Source: a bacterium (GTDB taxonomy: Bacteria; Patescibacteriota; Saccharimonadia; Saccharimonadales; DATKHC01). From it: a DNA stretch of 50,313 bases. The DNA is taken from assembly GCA_021781215.1 (NCBI GenBank), contig JAJXXC010000010.1:1-50313 (forward strand). Reading direction: 5' to 3'. Shown here piece by piece: positions 30,593 through 38,719 of the stretch. The position numbers and the translations under genes were made by a program. The first letter of the stretch is position 1; each line of letters starts with the position of its first letter. The notes below the pieces were generated by a model that had not been told where the DNA came from, did not search any database, and saw nothing but the letters and a program-made list of their open reading frames with translations.

Positions 30593-30994
30593 TTAGCTCT
30601 TGAGGTAATTTTTCAAATTTTCAATAGCTGATTTGGTACTTTCTATGGATTTCTGTAAATCCTTATTGTCTGTGCTGCCATTTTTAATTGCTCTTAACAT
30701 TTCGTTAGCCTGTGATTTAACTTTATTTGCTCGAGTAGTAGCTCTATACAAATCATTTTTGATTGAAAGCTTGCCTTTATCTATTTTGACTTCTGCCTGT
30801 TTAATAATTTCAGTTAGTTCTTTGTATAAATTATTAGCTACTTCTTCAGCTTTTATTTGAGCTTTTTTTGAAGCATTAGATATATCTTTTCTAGTTTTTT
30901 CGCCTGATTGCTTTGCTGTTAGTAGTCCGGCTAAATAACCAATAGCAGAACCAATGACTGCGATTGTGAGTAAATTTTTATATGATTTTTTCAT
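30593..30994 (-). CDS. YtxH-like protein
   Basis: IGYLAGLLTAKQSGEKTRKDI matches the G-L-L-x-A-P-x-S-G-x-E-T-R pattern, followed by coiled coil. Confidence 0.8.
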   Translation of the reverse strand: MKKSYKNLLTIAVIGSAIGYLAGLLTAKQSGEKTRKDISNASKKAQIKAEEVANNLYKELTEIIKQAEVKIDKGKLSIKNDLYRATTRANKVKSQANEMLRAIKNGSTDNKDLQKSIESTKSAIENLKNYLKS

Positions 30995-31002
30995 AGATTT
31001 TC

Positions 31003-31263
31003 CTAATTAACTTTCTTATCCTTATTAAATTTTGATAAATATTTAAGAACACCGACTATTGGTACAAAACTTTTAATAATATTTGTAATTTTAGTTGTCT
31101 TATTAATTGCGTCAACGATTTCATTTCTTGTTCTTTTAATAGCCATTAATAAGCTTAGAAAATATACTAAAGTTACTATGCCCAGGACGAGAAAAATAGC
31201 TAAAAAGATACTTAGAATAATAAGCAATGCATGTTCAGTATTATTCAAGTTCATAATAACCAA
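31003..31263 (-). CDS. Small single-TM protein upstream of ytxH-like gene
   Basis: Long hydrophobic helix plus basic tail; 8 bp gap to the next gene. Confidence 0.7.
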   Translation of the reverse strand: MVIMNLNNTEHALLIILSIFLAIFLVLGIVTLVYFLSLLMAIKRTRNEIVDAINKTTKITNIIKSFVPIVGVLKYLSKFNKDKKVN

Positions 31264-31359
31264 AATATATCCTAATTCATATAATTATGCAATTCTTAAC
31301 AAGTTCGTAATCAAAGCAATGATGACATGCATGTTTTTATAGACAACTGAGTTTTTCTT

Positions 31360-31581
31360 TTAGTTAGTAGTGCCCATAACTACTTTTGTGGCAGTTTGTC
31401 CAATTCTCATTAAGAGTCTCATGTCATTTAAAGGCCTTGCATCTAGATAATCAGCAATATCTGATTCAGCTCGTCTACGATATGACGCTACAAGATTACG
31501 TTCTGAATAATGTCCAAAACTTGATACGCATCCATGTCCTACTGAGGTATAAACGTTATACCAAGGATTAGACAGCTTTGG
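31360..31581 (-). pseudogene. 5'-truncated gene fragment
   Basis: 74-codon open frame (PKLSNPWYNVY...VVMGTTN*) with no start or promoter at its 5' end, starting right after the upstream gene's stop. Confidence 0.45.
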
Positions 31582-31583
31582 TT

Positions 31584-32039
31584 CTATATATGGTTCTCAT
31601 CAACTATATCAACGGACAGATTAGGAGTTAGATGCACTACGGCTTGGTTAATAACGTCGTGAATCTTAAATTTACTACCATATCTTTCAAAGGTATATAG
31701 TTGGCCTCTAAATACCGGTTGGCCATTTTCTCTTCTAGTTATTGCATCTTCATAGATGTAGGTGCCAGAAGGTGGGAACGAAACCATAGCTTCGTCACCG
31801 TAAGTATTATGAATTTCTATTTTTAGAGGTCTACTGTCTTCTGGATTCTTGGTAGTTACTTCAAGTATTTGTCCAATAGGTGCGTTATATGAATTTACCA
31901 AAGGCCAAAGCATATCTATCATCGCCATGAATTCTTCTGAGCGCTCACTAGCTTCTGTGGCTAGCTGACCCAGTGATCTCATCGTCTCTAAGACTCTGAA
32001 TTCTAATTCGTGTGGGTTTTTAGTTACTATTTCTGACAT
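31584..32039 (-). CDS. Hypothetical protein
   Basis: 151 aa ORF with its own promoter-like upstream region. Confidence 0.75.
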   Translation of the reverse strand: MSEIVTKNPHELEFRVLETMRSLGQLATEASERSEEFMAMIDMLWPLVNSYNAPIGQILEVTTKNPEDSRPLKIEIHNTYGDEAMVSFPPSGTYIYEDAITRRENGQPVFRGQLYTFERYGSKFKIHDVINQAVVHLTPNLSVDIVDENHI

Positions 32040-32042
32040 ATA

Positions 32043-32181
32043 CGTATATTCAACTACTTTTTAGGTCGGTGAGCAAGCATTAGGGTTATATTTACATATA
32101 GTAATAATTTTTTCTTACTTTCTATTAGTCCAGACAACCTCGTGAACTGATTTCGCCTCGTTAAATCTTTTAAGAGTTGTA
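32043..32181 (-). repeat. Degenerate ~140 bp repeat, copy A (gene C-terminal remnant plus promoter)
   Basis: Aligns with 36954-37087; encodes TTLKRFNEAKSVHEVVWT versus TTIKKFNEAKSVDEIVWT. Confidence 0.8.
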
Positions 32182-32574
32182 AGGCAGATCCGGACCCATT
32201 GTTCCCCTTAGGGCAGCAAGCTGTGCTGCTGCATTTATTGATTTGTCAGCATCTGATCCTATGAGGTCGTCATGGAGGCGTGTTATTTGGGCTTTGAGTG
32301 AATCACTGTAGTCTCTAGCTACTGCATGAGCCCCTGCTTTAGCGAAGCCATCCGAAGCGCTGGTCTTTTTAGTACCTTTATCAACTCCACCTATGTCAGT
32401 ACTACCACTTTTTCTAGCGGTATAGGCCTGAGTTTGTGACGCCTCTTCTCGTAGTGTGGTATCTTTACCGTATGTTCTATCAAGGGCGTTATCTATGAAT
32501 GTACCAGCTCCGATTGGACCAAGTGCCCTCCACTTATTTGCAGAAGCGGGGAGTATGGTGTTTGAACTATTCCG
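32170..32574 (-). pseudogene. Start-less 134-codon open frame, in frame with the upstream gene's TAA
   Basis: RNSSNTILPASANKWRALGPIGAG...AAAQLAALRGTMGPDLPYNS*; visibly more GC-rich than its flanks. Confidence 0.6.
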
Positions 32575-32907
32575 TTATTTATTGATTCGTGCTGCAATCG
32601 CATATTGCGTAAAATATCTGTCCAAACTGCTTAGCTCGTTAGTTGATGGGCTTTCTTTGTATATAACTGTAAGAAATTGATCTCTTGATCTAAGAACTTC
32701 TTTTGACCTTATTGACTTAGCGTTAATCAGTTGGTCTATTGTCACATCGAACAAATCTAGAGCACGTATGATTGAGTTTTCCAAGTTCTGTTTATTATTT
32801 TGTTTTTTTGAATTAATTGCTCTACCAACTTCGCTAGAAATATTACCCATTTGATCGAAAATAGACATTTTTGACCATTTGGCTCTATCTACTTGATAAG
32901 TAATCAT
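32575..32907 (-). CDS. Helical hypothetical protein, partner of DUF5674-like gene
   Basis: WSKMSIFDQMGNISSEVGRA...RALDLFD...KEVLRSRD; ATGA overlap with upstream gene. Confidence 0.8.
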   Translation of the reverse strand: MITYQVDRAKWSKMSIFDQMGNISSEVGRAINSKKQNNKQNLENSIIRALDLFDVTIDQLINAKSIRSKEVLRSRDQFLTVIYKESPSTNELSSLDRYFTQYAIAARINK

Positions 32908-33245
32908 TTTGTAATAATTTCACTTACTATGTCTGTAATTTGATTCTGGATATTGGGGTTTTCTACACTTCTGGACATATTTTGTTGTCTAGGTCGGATA
33001 TTGATCATTGAGTCAAATTCAATAAAATTCTCAGTTCCATAATTTGCAGGATGTAGGTTAATTCCCCATAGACTATTTTGTTGTGATCCGTGTTCTAAAA
33101 GGTATTGTTCTCCGTCAACATGCATCTCAGCGTCAATAACCATAATTTTTTTGTCAATATCAACGACAGCTTTTACTATATTTCCATACATTTTGTCTGA
33201 TAATGTTTGAAGTTCGCTAACTGATATAGAATTCACTTGTTTCAT
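32904..33245 (-). CDS. DUF5674-like protein
   Basis: VKAVVDI, EMHVDGEQYLL, GSQQNSLWGIN, IEFDSMINIRPRQ; family recalled from motifs, not searched. Confidence 0.75.
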   Translation of the reverse strand: MKQVNSISVSELQTLSDKMYGNIVKAVVDIDKKIMVIDAEMHVDGEQYLLEHGSQQNSLWGINLHPANYGTENFIEFDSMINIRPRQQNMSRSVENPNIQNQITDIVSEIITK

Positions 33246-33394
33246 AAAATTATTATATATCTAAAATTCGAAAGCGCCCAATCCAAGCGAGGCTTAATAG
33301 CGGATGCTATTATGGTTATTCTCTTGGTGAAATATCAACTTTCAATAAAAACTCATATTATATTAAACAGTTACTAGAGTATTTAAATATTCCA

Positions 33395-33419
33395 TGGCTT
33401 AGGAATTGTTCTGGAATCA
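33395..33419 (-). repeat. 25 bp repeat shared with 37096-37120
   Basis: tggcttaggaattgttctggaatca versus tggctggggaatggttctggaatca, 22/25 identical. Confidence 0.8.
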
Positions 33420-33483
33420 TACTTTAGATCAAGAAGTAAAGTGTGATGTTAAGGAGATAAGACAACTCATAGATGGAGTGATG

Positions 33484-33505
33484 TCTGATGAAAATGGATT
33501 AGTGG
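33484..33505 (+). repeat. 22 bp long-range inverted repeat, left arm
   Basis: TCTGATGAAAATGGATTAGTGG; reverse complement at 35843-35864 with one mismatch. Confidence 0.8.
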
Positions 33506-33531
33506 GCTTATGAGATGCTAGCAGGTTTTTT

Positions 33532-34257
33532 TTATTCGACAATTTTAAGCAAACCATTTCGAAAATCAGCCAATACTGTAGGAAGATCACCTTCTAATTG
33601 ACTGAGTGATAATTTATCTAAAGGAAGCAGATCGTCATCAGTAGCTAATCTTGGGCTATTACTTATAATTTCGTCGCGGTTAAAAAATGCTTCTGCGTAC
33701 CCTCGTAACTTAGAGCCTCGCAGTTCTTCTCGATAGCCCGTAAGTATTTGTTCATCCGAATCATGGTCAGGACGGTAATAATCACATCTTTGGATCAAGG
33801 GAATAACCCACAGTTCTCCGGATTCTGCAATAAAAATTGGTTTAAAGAAGAAAGTTCTGGGCTCCCCCCCCTCATCGTATCCAAAAACTTTCTGAAAACG
33901 TTCTTCAACCAACCACCCCTTAACCGTACCTATATCAGTCGTGAATATTTCTGTACTATTGGCATGAAGCTTACGTTGCTTACGGTTCATGCCACTTAAA
34001 TCTTTGGGTCTTCGTCCAGCTTCAGTCAAAACCAGTGTTGTTGGTTTAATGCTGCCAGGTATTTCATTAACAATAGATTTTGCGTCTTCACGCATCTGAT
34101 TAGCAATAACTAACTGAAGCTCTTTCTTTTTTTTATCTGTTTCTATTTTTTCAGCAAATTCTCTTGCCGCATTTGCTTCTGCTTGAAGCCTAGCATTTTC
34201 TTCATTAGTTCGTAACTCATCTTGATGAGTTATAAATTGTTCCACAAATTTATTCAT
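33532..34257 (-). CDS. Hypothetical protein with N-terminal coiled coil
   Basis: 241 aa ORF; TGC-TATACT 7 nt before ATG. Confidence 0.8.
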   Translation of the reverse strand: MNKFVEQFITHQDELRTNEENARLQAEANAAREFAEKIETDKKKKELQLVIANQMREDAKSIVNEIPGSIKPTTLVLTEAGRRPKDLSGMNRKQRKLHANSTEIFTTDIGTVKGWLVEERFQKVFGYDEGGEPRTFFFKPIFIAESGELWVIPLIQRCDYYRPDHDSDEQILTGYREELRGSKLRGYAEAFFNRDEIISNSPRLATDDDLLPLDKLSLSQLEGDLPTVLADFRNGLLKIVE

Positions 34258-34307
34258 AAACTATAGTATAGCATCAATTCGGATTATAATCAATAGTTTT
34301 ATTCTGC

Positions 34308-34423
34308 GACTATACCATGACAGCAAGTAGACAGATTAGATAAGGACTTAGGATTATAGGGGTCTACAGTTAAGCGTTATACTCCCTAAATTAGGAAACC
34401 CTACTTGCTGTCATGGTATAGTC
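34308..34423. mobile_element. MITE-like element / IS end remnant
   Basis: Perfect 23 bp terminal inverted repeats GACTATACCATGACAGCAAGTAG (34308-34330 and 34401-34423) with a 70 bp interior; no clear target duplication. Confidence 0.65.
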
Positions 34424-34430
34424 TTCGTAC

Positions 34431-34784
34431 TTATTTATGTGAACCGGACAGGTATAATTGAGGTTCTCTCTTTACGTATATCCTACCTTTTACATCCCGA
34501 ACTCACTTATCAAGGTAGTCACTAGTATTCAGATTTTTTGTAATTCTAATATCAGATTGCATCACCCCATTCTATATCCTCAAATATATCTTTTTCACTT
34601 TTGTATCGTGATTCTTTACTTGCAAGTATTCCTACACCTAGGCTTAGACTAAGTTGTTGAGTTTTTATGTCAACATTATGAGGTTGCATCTCATGTAATC
34701 TATTGCCTTACCATCTATAAAAAATCTTCTATTTTTTCGAGTTCTAGCCCCTCCCAAAAAGACAAGCATAGCTTCCAACTGTGG
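34431..34784 (-). pseudogene. Degraded gene remnant
   Basis: Protein-like frames PQLEAMLVF..., HEMQPHNVDIK...WGDAI, SDIRITK...GSHK* joined by two frameshifts and an internal TGA. Confidence 0.45.
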
Positions 34785-35099
34785 TTATTCTTCTCTTGCT
34801 TCTTGCTGGCGATCCTTAACATACCCGCCCATTAAATATGAGTCAAAATCTGGTTCCGTAGGAATAGTCTGAGATATGGCAGTTTCGCCTAGAGATTTAA
34901 TGTGAGGGTTAGGAATATTAGTATATCCCATTCTACAACCCTCTATTGAATCTATTTTGATTCCCATGGACCCTTCTTTTGCCTCTCGGACCAACCTATC
35001 TAAATTATTCTGACGCCTAAGCTCACGGACTGACATTCTCTGCTGTTTAGCTCTGTGTTTTTCCTTAGCAGTTATCATCAAACGAGTGCTATCTTCCAT
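34785..35099 (-). CDS. Hypothetical protein
   Basis: 104 aa ORF; TATTAT 6 nt before ATG. Confidence 0.65.
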   Translation of the reverse strand: MEDSTRLMITAKEKHRAKQQRMSVRELRRQNNLDRLVREAKEGSMGIKIDSIEGCRMGYTNIPNPHIKSLGETAISQTIPTEPDFDSYLMGGYVKDRQQEAREE

Positions 35100-35290
35100 T
35101 TAGATATAATACAATATTACTTGAAAGCAGTACACTGATGGTTTATGCGACTCGACTACTTCACTTCGGTAGAAATTGATATTTATTTAGGATATTCGGT
35201 CTATAGATTGGCTAGAGGTTATAAAGTCTAACCAAGAGTAGGTTAGTAGCCCCAAGCAAGGCTATAAAAGGCTCAAAGTATATGTTTCTA

Positions 35291-35783
35291 TTACGGTGTA
35301 ACAACTAAAGGTTTGGTCGTTTCACCAAGTCCATTAATACTATTTTGGACAGTAACATTCTCTTCAACGTTAACAATCTCAATAGACTGGAGTATGCCCT
35401 CGACGTTAACTTCGTTAACGCAGGTGGATTCCTTAAAGTAGCTAAATTTAGGTGATTCTTGTTTGTCGGCAACTGTCTGTATAGCTTCATCTAATGGTAG
35501 TTGCGGGCTAATTCTATCACTTAATATTAAATCTAGTAGTTTAAGCCTAGGATTGTGATGTATAGATTTACGTAATAAATGACCACCCAATTCAGTTACA
35601 AGAGGGCAACGTAGACCTGTAAGTTTCATCTCCATAGCTAAACCTGGGGCTAATACTTACATTTGTATCATCTCTGACTCGACCTGAACAGGTTATGCCT
35701 AGCTCCGACGCGATTCTGTCTCGAATGCTAAAACTAATATCTTTATTACTTACACAATCATTACAATTTGATCTTTCGCCCAT
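35291..35783 (-). pseudogene. Probable frameshifted gene (ORFs 35592-35783 and 35291-35635)
   Basis: GGAGG RBS before 35783; 44 bp overlap of the two ORFs; CxxC and further Cys residues split across frames. Confidence 0.45.
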
Positions 35784-35842
35784 ACAATACCTCCGATTAA
35801 TTAGTTTAGTTATACATCTATTTTATTACCTGGACAAGCACT

Positions 35843-35864
35843 CCACTAATTCATTTTCATCAGA
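35843..35864 (-). repeat. 22 bp long-range inverted repeat, right arm
   Basis: CCACTAATTCATTTTCATCAGA, 21/22 complementary to 33484-33505. Confidence 0.8.
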
Positions 35865-35875
35865 TAATAGTTAAA

Positions 35876-36334
35876 TTACTCTTCGTATCCAACAACATCA
35901 TCGCTAAAAGTTTGATCGTAAAATGAGACTGTTTCAGGTGCAGTAACTTCTTTCAAGAACGACTCCCCTAATTCTGTTATCCCTAATGTACTATCTATCA
36001 ATCCGTTTGAATTGAGGTGGGCTATAGTTTCAATTATTTCTTGGTGGAGATGAGTAGTACTTTTGCTTTGGAAGGAACCACCAATTACGTGTCTATTCTC
36101 ATCCATCCAATCCCAGAGCTTATATCGAACTACGTCTTCAAGTGTCTTCTCAAGAATTGCAAGACCCCAGGTTCCTACCCCGCCCTCTATATGACTATTA
36201 ATTGTATCGATGGTGGCTAAGATGTAGCCTTTTCTCCCTGTATTTGGAAGGAGTTTTATACTGCCAACTGTCTGAACAAGCTCTATATGTTCCCGGGCAT
36301 CTTCTTCAAAATATTGAAAATGTTTCTGTTCCAT
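35876..36334 (-). CDS. Hypothetical protein, possible winged-helix-like C-terminus
   Basis: 152 aa ORF; LNSNGLI...ITELGESFL resembles a wHTH wing. Confidence 0.7.
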   Translation of the reverse strand: MEQKHFQYFEEDAREHIELVQTVGSIKLLPNTGRKGYILATIDTINSHIEGGVGTWGLAILEKTLEDVVRYKLWDWMDENRHVIGGSFQSKSTTHLHQEIIETIAHLNSNGLIDSTLGITELGESFLKEVTAPETVSFYDQTFSDDVVGYEE

Positions 36335-36431
36335 AGCATAATTTTTACTGTTTTTTAATATTTATGCAACCAATAGCGGTTTAGATCTTGATAATCTTGT
36401 ATTTAGAGGGTTATTTATTCGGGAAAACTAC

Positions 36432-36947
36432 TTAGTTACTAAAGCCCATACCAGCATTTGGTTCAAAATCTTTTCTGTTGTCTGATCTTTTCGCGACAAG
36501 AAGTTTGGTAAGCAAATCGGCCCGACTACGTATATTATTAACCTCATATCTGGAGTGCTCAATGTACCGACGACGTGAATATTCGAAACCTACTGTTGAG
36601 GCAATTCCCAATCCCAAGACTGGTACTGCAGCTACTGTACCGCTTTTGATCCATTCACCAGCACCACCTACCAAGGCAATCATCAAGACAGTTGCACCAA
36701 ACATCCTTGTTCGATTAGGAATCCGATGTGCTGCTTCTTCATAGTCTTGTTCGGCTCGATCTCTTATATCTTCAATCATTTTTTCGCTAATCTGTTCTAG
36801 GGTAATTGGCGTATCATCATGTTTTGGTTCCCCGATTATTTGTCTTGGAGTTGCCGAAAAGAGGTATTTGCCATCGGCAAAATATGAGGTGTCGGTTGTG
36901 ATTGACTCTCTAGTTTCTTTTGTGATAATTGGTAACCGTTCATCCAT
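36432..36947 (-). CDS. Hypothetical two-TM protein
   Basis: 171 aa ORF with two hydrophobic segments flanked by helical regions. Confidence 0.75.
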   Translation of the reverse strand: MDERLPIITKETRESITTDTSYFADGKYLFSATPRQIIGEPKHDDTPITLEQISEKMIEDIRDRAEQDYEEAAHRIPNRTRMFGATVLMIALVGGAGEWIKSGTVAAVPVLGLGIASTVGFEYSRRRYIEHSRYEVNNIRSRADLLTKLLVAKRSDNRKDFEPNAGMGFSN

Positions 36948-36953
36948 ATATAG

Positions 36954-37120
36954 GGTATATTAACTACTTTTTGGTATCGTATGCAAGCATTATCGTTTTA
37001 TAAGTAATAACTTTTTCAGGCTCTAGAGCAACAGTCCAAACAATCTCATCAACTGATTTTGCTTCATTAAATTTCTTTATGGTTGTAGTTAGAATTGGCT
37101 GGGGAATGGTTCTGGAATCA
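36954..37120 (-). repeat. Degenerate repeat, copy B (gene C-terminal remnant plus promoter)
   Basis: Minus frame DSRTIPQPILTTTIKKFNEAKSVDEIVWTVALEPEKVITYK; its parts match 33395-33419 and 32043-32181. Confidence 0.8.
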
Positions 37121-37133
37121 AATTATTTGATTT

Positions 37134-37547
37134 TTATAACTTATTACGACATTCTGTAGAAAGTGTTACAAGAGGTTTTACTGTCGAAAATCGTGTTGCA
37201 GGTTCATCAACAATCGAACCAAATACTAATTCCTGCATTGGTCCATAGTCAGGTTTCACTATTATTTTCAAATCATTTGGTTTTGCCCTAACAAATCTAC
37301 CTTCAACAATAACTTCACTATCCTCATATGAAGATACGGTCACAGTTGCCCCTGCAAGTTGCATAATATCACAGCCAATGTTATGTAGCTTATACTTTAA
37401 TAGATCTCTGTCCGTTTGAGTTAAGTGCATCTCCCTATTTCGTATCAAAAACGCCTTATGGGCGGCATCTAAAAGTAAACTTAGCCACATAACACCGTTC
37501 TGATCAGAAGACTCTAAATCAGGTAAAAGCTCATTACTCGTGTTCAT
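37134..37547 (-). CDS. Hypothetical protein
   Basis: 137 aa ORF; TATAAT 7 nt before ATG. Confidence 0.75.
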   Translation of the reverse strand: MNTSNELLPDLESSDQNGVMWLSLLLDAAHKAFLIRNREMHLTQTDRDLLKYKLHNIGCDIMQLAGATVTVSSYEDSEVIVEGRFVRAKPNDLKIIVKPDYGPMQELVFGSIVDEPATRFSTVKPLVTLSTECRNKL

Positions 37548-37585
37548 ATTTAATATTATATAATTATATCTGATGATGCCAATAC

Positions 37586-37609
37586 TGGCTGGCTACAAAG
37601 GGCTTGAAC
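37586..37609 (-). repeat. Degenerate copy of tRNA-Gln 3' end (att-like)
   Basis: GTTCAAGCCCTTTGTAGCCAGCCA versus tRNA GTTCGAGTCCCTTCTTCCCAGCCA, 18/24 ungapped. Confidence 0.7.
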
Positions 37610-37854
37610 TACAAATCTTTGTAAGTCTTTTCATTTCGGAGATCAATTTTAATAATAAAGATCTTGTCATTATTTTTAGAATAAACTATCCTTATCCGAT
37701 TTTTTCTTACTCGAAATAGATTACTATGCCCTTTTAGTTTTTTAATGTCTAACCCTAGGGTGTCGTCCATTGTAACCCTAAGGATAAGTAACTTAACTAA
37801 ATTACGCTCTTGTTGGGATAGTTTTGCTAATAACTTTTTAATTTTATCAGCCAT
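37609..37854 (-). CDS. Type II TA toxin, RelE/ParE family
   Basis: DIKKLKGHSNLFRVRKNRIRIVY...RNEKTY; basic 81 aa protein downstream of an antitoxin. Confidence 0.85.
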   Translation of the reverse strand: MADKIKKLLAKLSQQERNLVKLLILRVTMDDTLGLDIKKLKGHSNLFRVRKNRIRIVYSKNNDKIFIIKIDLRNEKTYKDL

Positions 37855-37863
37855 AACAATATT

Positions 37864-38097
37864 TTAATCTAAGGCCTTCAATATATCATTTGCAGATATG
37901 CCACCATCAGCTAATTCAGTAAAATCTATAATGGTCGTCCATTGACCCTCATCAGCAATAGGATTTATCTGGAATATTGGTTTTGAGCGTTTGACTACAG
38001 TAAAGCTTTGACCGTTATTAATAGCATCAATATATTTTGGAAATTGATCTCTTAATTGCTTAAGACTTATAGTATTTGCTTGATCTAATGTATTCAT
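37864..38097 (-). CDS. Type II TA antitoxin, Phd/YefM family
   Basis: TISLKQLRDQFPKYIDAINNGQSFTVVKRSKPIFQINP with acidic C-terminus. Confidence 0.88.
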   Translation of the reverse strand: MNTLDQANTISLKQLRDQFPKYIDAINNGQSFTVVKRSKPIFQINPIADEGQWTTIIDFTELADGGISANDILKALD

Positions 38098-38100
38098 ACT

Positions 38101-38132
38101 TAAAGTTTAACTAAAGATGAACTTTATGTCAA
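38101..38132 (-). promoter_or_regulatory. Sigma70 promoter and operator of the TA operon
   Basis: TTGACA-17-TAAACT-6-ATG; TAAAGTT...AACTTTA inverted repeat (38101-38126) overlapping it. Confidence 0.75.
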
Positions 38133-38141
38133 TAGCTTTAA

Positions 38142-38164
38142 TGGCTGAGCACGTTGGTCTAGAA
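38142..38164 (-). repeat. Second degenerate tRNA-Gln 3'-end-like copy
   Basis: TTCTAGACCAACGTGCTCAGCCA, 15/23 ungapped to the tRNA end; directly follows a stop codon in the same register as the 37586 copy. Confidence 0.5.
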
Positions 38165-38707
38165 TTATTTTGCTTTGCCACCTGATTTGATCTCGATTCT
38201 CGGACCATTATGAGTACCTCTTGGTGTTTGTTCAGTTTTTGGGATATAAGTGTCTATGTCAGTAATCCATATTCTTGCTACGTCATGCCATCTCATTATC
38301 TGTCCGAATTTTTTATGCCCTAAATCTTTCCTAATGGCTAGAATTAAATCACCAAAGTACTCCATGCTATTAATATTCCAGCTTGTGTCACCAGCATCTG
38401 CTTGGCTCTGATCATATTTGTACAAGTGTTGCATGTAATCTCCGGTGCATTTTACTACTTCATTAGAGGCAAAAGTTAGGATTTTCGGAAAATAGTTTTT
38501 TAATGTTTCTACGATATTTTCATTATCTAACTTGTTTGATCCACTATATGTGTCATATAAGAACTTTACATAACCTGAATAAAGAGCTTGTTTTTTGTTT
38601 TTAAGATCCGCTCGTAAGCCTGCGTTTTTAGTATATGACTGTGTAAGGAGTATACTTAATAACCCTGACAACCCTGTTAGCAAAACTATCCAAATTGAAG
38701 TGTTCAT
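38165..38707 (-). CDS. Hypothetical protein with N-terminal TM helix
   Basis: AGGAG RBS; N-terminal hydrophobic helix; LILAIRKDLG motif. Confidence 0.8.
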   Translation of the reverse strand: MNTSIWIVLLTGLSGLLSILLTQSYTKNAGLRADLKNKKQALYSGYVKFLYDTYSGSNKLDNENIVETLKNYFPKILTFASNEVVKCTGDYMQHLYKYDQSQADAGDTSWNINSMEYFGDLILAIRKDLGHKKFGQIMRWHDVARIWITDIDTYIPKTEQTPRGTHNGPRIEIKSGGKAK

Positions 38708-38719
38708 ACTATACGTCTC

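Noticed and set aside
32170-32574. Possible tmRNA, RNase P or other structured RNA in the GC-richer gap
   Set aside because: No tRNA-like ends or RNase P conserved motifs; a long open frame explains the composition better.
35209-35233. Further tRNA-3'-like copy GGTTAGACTTTATAACCTCTAGCCA
   Set aside because: Only 14/25 identical and not adjacent to a gene stop; could be chance, so not listed as a feature.
33395-37120. Treating the 33395 and 37096 repeats as definite att sites
   Set aside because: They are one base shorter than the tRNA segment, and two of their three differences are synonymous in a DSRTIPxP frame, so a coding remnant explains them equally well. Kept only as weak candidates.
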